From an uncultured Verrucomicrobiota bacterium (lineage in GTDB: Bacteria; Verrucomicrobiota; Kiritimatiellia; JAAZAB01), in NCBI GenBank assembly GCA_964515705.1, contig CAZEVX010000046.1, positions 592 to 16,850 on the forward strand: a stretch of DNA of 16,259 nt. The letters are read 5' to 3'. Positions 6,708-13,854 of this stretch are shown piece after piece. The notes under the pieces are model-generated. The model had not been told where the DNA came from. It was given only the letters and a program-made list of their open reading frames with translations, and ran no database searches. The number at the start of each line of letters is the position of its first letter. Within the stretch, counting starts at the first letter, position 1. Made by a program: the position numbers and the translations under genes.

Positions 6708-7394
6708 CTAGAACTCCTGGCGCACGCCGAGTTCGGCGAACGGCAGTTGCAGGCGTTCGGCGAAGTCGCTGTTCTTCAAACGCTGGTCGCGGTAGCCGGC
6801 GGCCAGGTAGAGGTTGGCGTTCTTGGCGATGGCGTCGAGCGTGACGGCGTAGGCCAGCCCGCCCTCGTAGGACCACAGCCAGGCCCAGCCGTCCTTGTCG
6901 GGCACGTCGGTGTTCATGCGCATCGGCAGCACGCGGGTGTTGGCGAACAGGAAGAACCCGCTGCGGCCGAGCGGCACGTTGACGTTGACGCCCAGCCCGG
7001 CGCCGAGCCCGGTGGTGGCGAGGCTCTTGCCCCAGGCCGGGTCGTTCTTGAGGTCGTAGTCGTACCACATCCCGCGGACATCGGCGAAGATCCCGAACAT
7101 CGAGGCGATCTCGTACATCACGATGGCGTCGGCGTCCACGCGGTCCATGTCGCCCAGCGAGCCGTAGAGGCCCTCGACGCCGATCGCCCAGCGTTCGCTG
7201 TTGCCGGGCCGGAACAGCAGGCTCGGCCCGAACATGGCGCCGCTCTCGGAATAATCGCCGTCGCCGTAGAGCGCGGTGTCCTTCCAGTGCGCGCCGCCGA
7301 GGCGCAGTCCGTAGGAGGCCGTTTCGGAATAGGCGCCCTGCGCCAGCAGCGCCAGGGCAAGTCCCGCGGTCAGCCATCGAAGTCTCGGGTTCAT
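6708..7394 (-). CDS. Outer-membrane beta-barrel protein (OMP_b-brl-like).
   Basis: The start is taken at the internal ATG at 7394 (MNPRLRWLTAGLALALLAQGAYS signal peptide, with GAAAGGA 3 nt upstream). The track ORF extends to 7487. It shows an alternating hydrophobic/aromatic beta-strand pattern (WAIGVEGLYGS.., YEIASMFGIFADVRGMWYDYD, LGAGLGVNVNVPL, GFFLFANTRVL, WAWLWSYEGGLAYAVTL, NLYLAAGYR) and a C-terminal ..RQEF (terminal Phe). Confidence 0.75.
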   Translation of the reverse strand: MNPRLRWLTAGLALALLAQGAYSETASYGLRLGGAHWKDTALYGDGDYSESGAMFGPSLLFRPGNSERWAIGVEGLYGSLGDMDRVDADAIVMYEIASMFGIFADVRGMWYDYDLKNDPAWGKSLATTGLGAGLGVNVNVPLGRSGFFLFANTRVLPMRMNTDVPDKDGWAWLWSYEGGLAYAVTLDAIAKNANLYLAAGYRDQRLKNSDFAERLQLPFAELGVRQEF

Positions 7395-7443
7395 GGGAGT
7401 CCTTTCAGTAGGTTGTTGCGTGGCGGGGCGCGAAGCGACGATG

Positions 7444-7477
7444 GCTCGCGGAGACGCGGAGAATGCGGAGAGGAATC
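7444..7477 (+). repeat. Copy of the interspersed repeat (GCTCGCGGAGACGCGGAGAATGCGGAGAGGAATCC).
   Basis: The core CTCGCGGAGACGCGGAG is identical to the copy at 14343-14359. It is intergenic, between genes 7600-8298 and 6708-7394. Confidence 0.7.
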
Positions 7478-7599
7478 CTGGGCGCAAAGCGCCGTGCCGG
7501 AAAAAATCTCGCGTAGGCGCGGAGGACGCTGAACGATAGCCATACGTGCTCCTGCATGTTCCGCTACCGCCAACCTGCGGTCTGCCGCCGTCCGGCCGC

Positions 7600-8298
7600 C
7601 TAGCGCGGGCGGGTGCAGCGGCGCACCAGGCCGCGCAGCAGCAGCAGGCTGACCACCAGGGCGAAGAGCGCCAGGAGGACCAGCGCGATTTCGACCTTGT
7701 AATAGATCACCAGGTCCCGCAGCGGGGGATACGATTCGCCTTCGGCATTCGCGCCGCCGATGCGCTCGCGGGTGTCCACGCGCGCCAGGGAGAGCGGAAT
7801 GCTGACCCAGGCCCTCAGCCAGTCCTCGTCCACGTGGCGCACCCGGCCGACCAGCAGGGCGTCGGCGCCCTTGGCGCTCTCGGGGATGACGTAGGTTCCG
7901 CGCACGGCCTTCCACTTGATGGCGGCCTTGTCCATGATGTCCCCGAAGCCAGAGTTCGGGTCCGTCCGCGCCCACTCGTCCTCGATCTCTTTCCAGTCCG
8001 CGCCCCGCAGGATCACCACGTGGAAGCGCTTTTCCGCCGAGAGCCGGGCCGCCAGCAGTTCCGTGAAGTTGCGCGGGTCGTTGGCCAGCGGCAGGATGCC
8101 GATGTTGGCGACGCCCTCGAGGTGCGGCGCGTTCAGCGCCTCGCGAATCCATTGCTCGATGGCCTGCCCCGCCGCCCGGTCAATGGTCCGCTCGCGGATC
8201 ACGCCGGTTGGCGCCTGGAAGGCCGCCGGCGCGGTTCCGGCCAGCAGCATCCAGCCCGCCAGCATGGTTCCCAACATCCCGGTTGTCTGTCTGCGCAT
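7600..8298 (-). CDS. Hypothetical secreted/periplasmic protein with a C-terminal transmembrane anchor.
   Basis: 232 aa. It has an N-terminal signal peptide (MLGTMLAGWMLLAGTAPAAFQ), a GILPLANDP..ELLAARL segment reminiscent of CsgG/LpoB/TolB-N-type folds (weak), and a C-terminal hydrophobic helix (VEIALVLLALFALVVSLLLL) followed by a basic tail. Confidence 0.55.
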   Translation of the reverse strand: MRRQTTGMLGTMLAGWMLLAGTAPAAFQAPTGVIRERTIDRAAGQAIEQWIREALNAPHLEGVANIGILPLANDPRNFTELLAARLSAEKRFHVVILRGADWKEIEDEWARTDPNSGFGDIMDKAAIKWKAVRGTYVIPESAKGADALLVGRVRHVDEDWLRAWVSIPLSLARVDTRERIGGANAEGESYPPLRDLVIYYKVEIALVLLALFALVVSLLLLRGLVRRCTRPR

Positions 8299-8325
8299 GG
8301 GAGCTCTCCTTTCCGTTCCTGGGGA

Positions 8326-9243
8326 TCACTTGTAGTGCGTCAGAATCCGCTGCAGGGCGTCCATCGCGCCCGGTTCGTAGGTCGAAAGCCGCAGCCGGAT
8401 GCCCGGCAGGTCCGCCAGCAGTTGGCCGATGTCCGACTCGTGTTTCAGCCCGTAGATGATCTCGTAGGACGCCGTTTCGCTCTCGCGGTCCCACTGCAGC
8501 AGGTCCACGTAATTGATGTAGGCCCGGCGTTCCAGTTCGTTCTGGATCGCCACGGCGGCGTCCATCGTCGGGACGCTGTTGACGATCAGGCCCGCCCAGA
8601 GCAACTGGTCGGTCTTGGCGAACAGGTCGTCGAGCAGCCCCGCGCTGACCTTGGCGCCGGCGGCGCGCAGGGCCAGCAGCCCGGCGCGCGCGCTGTCCTG
8701 CTCGCGGGGGCCGTCGGCCTCGAGGCGGGCCGTCGCCAGCAGCGTGCCGTCCCGCCCGCGCACCGCCTGGGCGTCGGCCGTGGCGCGGTAGCGGGCGAAC
8801 CGGCCGGTGGTGTTGACGAAGGCGCTGCGGGCCTCGACCCGCACCACGAGGTGCGCCTTGACGGCCCGGCTGAGCGCCGCCAGGTCGGTGGCGGCGGGCA
8901 CGGCGTCGCTGAACAGCCGGAAATCGCGCCGCACCAGCTCGCGCTCCAGGAGCGGCTTGATTTCCGAGGCCGCGGCCGTCGCGCCGTCCGGGCCGGCGAC
9001 CGTTTCCTGCCCGATGACCACCGTGCGCAGTTTGCCGAACTTGACCAGTTGCCCGCTGCGCGCTTCCAGCGCCCGGAGCGTGTTGGTCGGCGCGGATGGC
9101 GGGCCGGGGGGTGGCGGGAGCGGCACGGTGACCCGCGGCTCGGGCGGCGGGGGCGGCGGGATCGTGGAACAGCCGGCGATCAGCAATACGGCGGCGGCCT
9201 GGCCGACGGCCGCCAGGACGCGCAGGCTTGAGCGACGGGTCAT
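8326..9243 (-). CDS. Hypothetical lipoprotein with a Pro-rich linker.
   Basis: The start is taken at the internal ATG at 9243 (MTRRSSLRVLAAVGQAAAVLLIAGC|S lipobox, with AGGAGA 6 nt upstream). The track ORF extends to 9408 through a Pro/Arg-rich N-terminus that is probably not translated. The mature N-terminus has PPPPPPEP..PLPPPPGPP. Confidence 0.65.
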   Translation of the reverse strand: MTRRSSLRVLAAVGQAAAVLLIAGCSTIPPPPPPEPRVTVPLPPPPGPPSAPTNTLRALEARSGQLVKFGKLRTVVIGQETVAGPDGATAAASEIKPLLERELVRRDFRLFSDAVPAATDLAALSRAVKAHLVVRVEARSAFVNTTGRFARYRATADAQAVRGRDGTLLATARLEADGPREQDSARAGLLALRAAGAKVSAGLLDDLFAKTDQLLWAGLIVNSVPTMDAAVAIQNELERRAYINYVDLLQWDRESETASYEIIYGLKHESDIGQLLADLPGIRLRLSTYEPGAMDALQRILTHYK

Positions 9244-9364
9244 GGGGAGTCTCCTGGTTCCGGGATTAGGGTCGGTCGGACGCCGCGATCGGGCACGCGG
9301 CCTACAGTGTGGTGATGATTGTTGCAGGCCCGCTGCCCTCGCCGGGCGACGGGGTCGCTCGTGT

Positions 9365-11014
9365 TCAGACATCCGGGTGGCGGAACGGTTCGACGCGCAC
9401 CTCGCCATGGGGCGCGCGCAGGGTTTGGCCGGGCGTCAGCCAGTCGCATCGGCCGCCGAGATGCAGCAGGAAGGCGTCCTGCTGCCGGCAGACGCAGGCC
9501 GACCCCAGGCGCGCGTCCAGCAGGCCGAGGGCGGCGTGTTTCCAGAGCGCCACGATCGCCTCGTGCGGCCGGCCGCGCTGGCGCAGGATCAGGCAGGCCG
9601 GACTGTCGGGCGCCGCGCGCCCGCGGCAGGCGGGCTGGCACGGGTCCGCCTGGCCGCACGCCTGCAGGTCGAGGTCGAACGCCACGCAGGCCGAGTCGTC
9701 CGGGTCCGCGCTGCCGAGCGTCAGCAGATGGCGCCGGCCAGCGACGATCGGCGCGCCGTCCGCGTCGCCGACCCGGCGCCCGTCCAGGAAGGTCCCGTGG
9801 GTGCTGGGTTTCGCCTGCCGGGCCGGGGCCGGCAGGCGCCGATCGAGGAGCAGGCAGCGATTCCCGTCCAGCCGCAGGCAGCAATGGAACTGGCTGATCC
9901 AGAGCACGTCCTCCTCGCGGCGGCTCAGGGGGCGGGCCAGGATGTCGGAGTCCTTGTGGCGGCCCAGTTGCAGGAGCGGCGCGGCCAGCAGGCGCGCGGT
10001 CAGCGTTCCGCACCGCAGCGTCAGGCCGCGCGCCTGCGCCGCCGGGGGCGGGCGCTGGACGGGGTGCGGCAGGAACCCGCCGCCCTCGCGCGGCGGCCTG
10101 TAATGGTGGCATTTCTTCAGCGGCAGGGTTTTCCAGCGCGGCGGGATGTCGAACTCCGCCAACTCGCGCACCGGATCGCTGGCGCGCGACTTGAGGGCCT
10201 CGAGCCCGTTGATGGCCTGGTGCACCTGGGCGTCGCCGGCATGGCCCTGCTTGATGTCATTCTTGAGCTCGATGTTCAGCGTGTGGATCACGTGCCCGAT
10301 CGTTTCCTGGGCCTTGAAGACATGATGCTTGACCATCGCCCGGAACCAGTGGTCGCCGCCGTCCCGCGTGAAGCCGACGAGCACGTCGTACGAGATTTTC
10401 CCGCCCAGCCCCGACGGGGGGGCATAGTTGAAATAGATCGGGATGGGTTGGCCGCGGGAAATTTCCAGTTCGGGCTCGTCACTGTTCAGCAGCGCCTGGT
10501 CCAGACGGATTTCGACCCGCAGGTTGGAAAGCCCTTCGCGCAACGGCCGCAGGCGGAACTCGAACGGGAACATCATGTTTTGCACAAACACCCGGCTGCA
10601 GTTGAACTGGATGTCCCAGTCGTCACACTGGCTGCGCTCCATGCCATCGGTCCACACGGCGCTGTCGGCGTCCGGCTCGCGGTCGAGCGCCGGCCGGTCG
10701 GCGCTCGCCGCGCCGCGCTCCGCCAGCGCCTCGGCCCGCGCGGCGGCCGCTTCCAAGATTCCCGCCCGCCGGCCGGCGGGCGCGCCGCCCGCGCCGGCCT
10801 CCGCCGCGGGCGGCTCCGGGGTCGGGTCCGCGCCCGCCGCCGCCGCGATGCCGCTGGCCGGCGCCGGGTCGGCGGCCGCGGCGCGCGTCGGGGCGCTGTC
10901 GCGGGAGTCGGCGCCGGGCGCCGCCGCCAAATCCTGGCCGCAGATCGGGCAGAAGGCGGCGGCCTCTTCCGGCTCGAGCGGTTGGCGGCAGTGCGGGCAG
11001 GCGCGGGCGGTCAT
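9365..11014 (-). CDS. Zinc-ribbon + FHA-domain protein.
   Basis: 549 aa. The N-terminal CPHCRQPL..FCPICGQDL is a zinc ribbon, followed by an Ala/Pro-rich low-complexity region and a ~230-aa central region of unknown family. The C-terminal FHA domain is ..LQLGRHKDSDILARPLSRREEDVLWISQFHCCLRLDGNRCLLLD..STHGTFLDGRRV..IVAGRRHLLTLG (GR..DI, S..H, S.HGT.LDG and GxxxLxLG motifs). The start is 4 nt after the stop of the upstream SPFH gene. Confidence 0.75.
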   Translation of the reverse strand: MTARACPHCRQPLEPEEAAAFCPICGQDLAAAPGADSRDSAPTRAAAADPAPASGIAAAAGADPTPEPPAAEAGAGGAPAGRRAGILEAAAARAEALAERGAASADRPALDREPDADSAVWTDGMERSQCDDWDIQFNCSRVFVQNMMFPFEFRLRPLREGLSNLRVEIRLDQALLNSDEPELEISRGQPIPIYFNYAPPSGLGGKISYDVLVGFTRDGGDHWFRAMVKHHVFKAQETIGHVIHTLNIELKNDIKQGHAGDAQVHQAINGLEALKSRASDPVRELAEFDIPPRWKTLPLKKCHHYRPPREGGGFLPHPVQRPPPAAQARGLTLRCGTLTARLLAAPLLQLGRHKDSDILARPLSRREEDVLWISQFHCCLRLDGNRCLLLDRRLPAPARQAKPSTHGTFLDGRRVGDADGAPIVAGRRHLLTLGSADPDDSACVAFDLDLQACGQADPCQPACRGRAAPDSPACLILRQRGRPHEAIVALWKHAALGLLDARLGSACVCRQQDAFLLHLGGRCDWLTPGQTLRAPHGEVRVEPFRHPDV

Positions 11015-11018
11015 GGCC

Positions 11019-12680
11019 TCATTTCACCACGTGGGTCGTCGTGCCGGGATGCCTGGCCGCCTCGGCGGTCGTCTCGAGCGCCGACTTCAAGATGCGCTCG
11101 AGGCGCTCGGCGGATTCGTCCAGCAGGTTCTTGCGCTCGGCCCAGTCCTTGTCGCGGTCCTCGCGCTTGGCGCGCTCCATCTCCGCCAGCACCCGCACCA
11201 CGTCGGGGTTGCGCCCGGCCTGCAGCGCCAGGATCACGTCGGCCGATTTCCCCTGCGCCTGCAACTGCTCGTTCAGTTTCAGCAGCGCCTCGCGCCGCGC
11301 CGGGTCGTCGGTCATCGCCACCAGCGTTTGCAGGCTCAGCTTGTCCTGGACGGCCGCCCGCTCGGCGTAATCCTGGCGCTCGAAAGCCTTTTTCTTCGCG
11401 CGCACGTCGATCCATTTCAAGGCCTCGTCGACCTCGCGCGCGGTGGTCATCTTCGCCAACTCGTCCTGCAGCCGGGCGTCCTTCGTCTGCCGGTCGCGGG
11501 TGTAGTCGTCCCACTGGATCTTGACCTTGATCTCGTGGGCGGCCTTCTCGATCTCGCAGGCCATGCGGTAGGCGGCCTCTTTCTGGTCGAGTTCGTGGCG
11601 CTGCACCATTTTCAGCAGCGCCAGTTCGCGGTCGCGCTTCTCGGCCGAAATCGCGCGCTCCTGCGCCAACTGCTTGACGTAGTCCTCGAGGTCCTGCTCG
11701 CTCTTGAACAGGTGCATCTTCTCGGACGCCACCAGCTCCCGCAGGCGCTGGCCGAACTCGATCTCGCGCCGGCGCAACTCGAGCGCCCCGGCCTGCGCGC
11801 GCAACGCGTCAAATTCCTTGCCCGAAAACTCGGCCGCCGCCACGCGCACCAGCTCGAGGCCGTAGCGCTCGAGCGCCGTTTTCAGCGTGGTCTCGAGCGC
11901 GTCCTCGACCTGCAGCCGGCGCTGCGGGTCCTTGACCAGGTCGTCGGCCGTCGAGGTCGCGCAGAGGGTCGTCACGGCATAGCGCAGTTCCGCCCGCAAA
12001 ATCTCGGCGATTTCGTCCGCCATCAGCCAGTCGCGGCTCTTGAACAGGTTGGCCACGAAGGCCGGCGCGCCCTTCTCGGAGAAATGAAAGACGGCCTCGA
12101 TTTGCAGGTCCAGCGGCAGCTCCTCGTGCGAGCGCAGGCCCTCGAACCGCAGCGGCAGCGTCACGTCGCCGTTGTCCACCAGGATCGCCGTGCGCGGCGG
12201 CGGGTCGCCCCACCAGTTGATCTTGCGCGCCAGGCTCTCGAGGGTGTGCCGCCCGGGCCCGAGCACGTCCTTGTACGCCCCGCCGTCCAGCAGGATCGCC
12301 GCCGTGCCGGTTTGGATCTCAAGTCCGTTCTTCACCAGCGCCAGGATGTCGCCCACCTCGAGGCGCCGCGCGAACTGCTCGAACCCCTTCTGCCATTGTC
12401 CACCGGCCACCTCGTTGCGGCTCTCGGGATGCAGCGCCTGCTTGCAGTTCCAGCAGAACTCCGATTCGTTGCCGACTTTCTTCCCGCAGCCGGGGCATTG
12501 CCACCAGCCGCCCGGCGCCGGCGCCCCGCACTTGGCGCAGAACAGGGCCGCCTTCTTGACCGCATGCCCGCAGCGCGGCCAGCCGGGATCCTGCAGGGCG
12601 TCCTGCAGGGCTTTGCCGGCCAGCGCCTTGCCGGTGGTCTTGTCCACCAGCGCCCGGCAGGTATCCGAAAAGAGTCCCAT
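11019..12680 (-). CDS. Double zinc-ribbon + SPFH (band-7/flotillin-like) domain protein with a long C-terminal coiled coil.
   Basis: 553 aa. The N-terminus carries two zinc ribbons: PRCGHAVKKAALFCAKCGAP, then WQCPGCGKKVGNESEFCWNCKQAL. An SPFH-like core follows (GTAAILLDGGAYKDVLGPGRHTLE..TAILVDNGDVTLPLRFEGLRSHEELPLDLQIEAVFHF..). The C-terminal ~250 aa is Glu/Ala/Lys/Arg-rich, flotillin-style coiled coil. AGGAGA lies 5 nt upstream of the ATG. Confidence 0.7.
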   Translation of the reverse strand: MGLFSDTCRALVDKTTGKALAGKALQDALQDPGWPRCGHAVKKAALFCAKCGAPAPGGWWQCPGCGKKVGNESEFCWNCKQALHPESRNEVAGGQWQKGFEQFARRLEVGDILALVKNGLEIQTGTAAILLDGGAYKDVLGPGRHTLESLARKINWWGDPPPRTAILVDNGDVTLPLRFEGLRSHEELPLDLQIEAVFHFSEKGAPAFVANLFKSRDWLMADEIAEILRAELRYAVTTLCATSTADDLVKDPQRRLQVEDALETTLKTALERYGLELVRVAAAEFSGKEFDALRAQAGALELRRREIEFGQRLRELVASEKMHLFKSEQDLEDYVKQLAQERAISAEKRDRELALLKMVQRHELDQKEAAYRMACEIEKAAHEIKVKIQWDDYTRDRQTKDARLQDELAKMTTAREVDEALKWIDVRAKKKAFERQDYAERAAVQDKLSLQTLVAMTDDPARREALLKLNEQLQAQGKSADVILALQAGRNPDVVRVLAEMERAKREDRDKDWAERKNLLDESAERLERILKSALETTAEAARHPGTTTHVVK

Positions 12681-12699
12681 GGCGGTCTCCTGAATAGGC

Positions 12700-12770
12700 G
12701 GGTTGTGGTTTGCGGTTGGCGATTAGCCGTTGGCAAGTTGCGGGTTGCGGTTGGTCATTCGTTGTGGTTC
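12700..12770 (-). promoter_or_regulatory. GTTG-rich degenerate direct repeats in the leader/upstream region of the SPFH gene.
   Basis: TTGCGGTTGG appears at 12710-12719 and 12745-12754. GTTGTGGTT appears at 12703-12711 and 12761-12769 (on the coding strand: CCAACCGCAA / AACCACAAC). It lies in the 230-bp gap between the HTH gene stop (12912) and the SPFH start (12680). Confidence 0.35.
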
Positions 12771-12911
12771 TTCGCTGGTTTCAGTGGCCAACGGGAAAGG
12801 CTCGAGATATTCGCGTATTCCAGCGGCCGCCCAGGCTGTGCGGCCCTACCCACATGGCGCCATGATTGTCCCAAACCCCGTTCGCCAACCACCAACCACC
12901 ATTCGCCGTCC

Positions 12912-13259
12912 CTACCCGCTTTTCCGCCCGCCGGGCTCCCCGCCGTGCTCCGAACAGACCCGTACCCGCTTGCGCTCCCAGCAGTCCAGGCAGATCGGCG
13001 CCCCGCATTCCTTGCACGACTGGTTCAGCGACAACTTGCTCTGGTAGGTCTTCGCGCAGGCCGAGCATACCCCGCCGCCGCGGTCAATCTTACTCGTCTC
13101 CAGATAGGCATCAAGGTCTTTCCGCGATACCCGGTAAACTTTTCCGACCCGCGAGGCCGGCAACTCGCCCGCCCGGACGAGCTTGTAAATCAACTGGTAA
13201 TGCACGCCCAGCAGCGCGGCGACGTCGTCCAACGAAAGAAACTCTTTGTCCGGGCTCAT
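12912..13259 (-). CDS. Excisionase/MerR-type helix-turn-helix (HTH_17-like) DNA-binding protein with a C-terminal zinc ribbon.
   Basis: 115 aa. LSLDDVAALLGVHYQLIYKLVRAGELPASRVGKVYRVSRKDLDAYL matches the excisionase-family HTH pattern (cf. LLTVKEAAELLGVSRSTIYRLIRRGELPAVKIG..W.I.REDLEEYL). The C-terminal is CSACAK..x11..CKECGAPICLDCW..VCSEHG. GAAAGGGG lies upstream of the ATG. Confidence 0.7.
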   Translation of the reverse strand: MSPDKEFLSLDDVAALLGVHYQLIYKLVRAGELPASRVGKVYRVSRKDLDAYLETSKIDRGGGVCSACAKTYQSKLSLNQSCKECGAPICLDCWERKRVRVCSEHGGEPGGRKSG

Positions 13260-13318
13260 GCTGGCCCCTTTCGCCCCCGCGGATGACCGATCTTGACCAC
13301 TACTTGCCTTTCGGTTCC

Positions 13319-13347
13319 CTTTTATGCCTGGTTATCTGCATTGTCAA
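13319..13347 (-). promoter_or_regulatory. Putative sigma70-type promoter for the HTH gene (and possibly the downstream minus-strand array).
   Basis: On the minus strand: TTGACA (revcomp of 13342-13347), a 17-nt spacer, then TAAAAG (revcomp of 13319-13324). It lies in the only AT-rich patch of the window (13320-13375), ~55 nt upstream of the ATG at 13259. Confidence 0.4.
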
Positions 13348-13377
13348 ACATTTATTTTCAATATTTTTTATTGGGGA

Positions 13378-13406
13378 TTGACGGGCTGCCTGCTTGGGGA
13401 TAGGCT
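13378..13406 (+). promoter_or_regulatory. Possible weak sigma70-like promoter for the divergent plus-strand genes.
   Basis: TTGACG (13378-13383), a 17-nt spacer, then TAGGCT (13401-13406). It is ~45 nt upstream of the ATG at 13450. The -10 element is a poor match. Confidence 0.25.
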
Positions 13407-13449
13407 GTTGCCAGATTCGGATGTGGTGTCAGGCTTGGATGAAGCTGGT

Positions 13450-13854
13450 ATGAGCGCATCCCGCCCGGTGGACGTCCTCAAGACGGCGCTCAGCACGCTG
13501 GTGCTGGTCTCGGGCGCCATTGGCAGTGTCGTCAACCTGCTCCGGGGCAACAGCATCCCGTTCGCCATTTCGCTGACGGGGTTTTTGCTAATCGTCCTGA
13601 TTGTCCTTTCCGAGGTGCGGGCGGCGTTGCGTGAATCGCGCGCCGCGGCCGCGCAGTCCCGCCGCGCGCCCGCGGACACGGCGGCCTTGTCGGGCGCGGC
13701 GTGCCCGGACTGGCTGGACCTGGCCGCGGCCTCGGCCCGCCACCCGGAAGCCCCGGAGGCCGCCGCGGATGGGCGGGTGTACCTGGCGGACTCCGGCGCG
13801 CCGGTGATCCGCCTCGTGGCGCTGGAACCGGCGGAGGGCCGCCGCCATGGATGA
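13450..13854 (+). CDS. Small membrane protein (two predicted TM helices).
   Basis: The start is taken at the internal ATG at 13450 (MSASRPVDVLKTALSTLVLVSGAIGSVVNLL...IPFAISLTGFLLIVLIVLSEV). The track ORF starts at 13324 inside the AT-rich promoter region. Its stop overlaps the next start (ATGGATGA). Confidence 0.5.
   Translation: MSASRPVDVLKTALSTLVLVSGAIGSVVNLLRGNSIPFAISLTGFLLIVLIVLSEVRAALRESRAAAAQSRRAPADTAALSGAACPDWLDLAAASARHPEAPEAAADGRVYLADSGAPVIRLVALEPAEGRRHG

Noticed and set aside
6025-7377. 450-aa minus-strand ORF overlapping the ESCRT-III and OMP genes.
   Set aside because: It lies in a different frame from two genes with strong domain and signal-peptide evidence. Its translation is Arg/Gly/Pro-rich.
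8807-13286. Very long plus-strand ORFs 8807-11524 (905 aa) and 10443-13286 (947 aa), and minus ORFs 9240-10112 and 11809-12213.
   Set aside because: They are antisense or alternative-frame to the FHA, SPFH and HTH genes, which have clear domain motifs and RBSs. Their translations are Arg/Ala/Gly/Pro-rich with no motifs.
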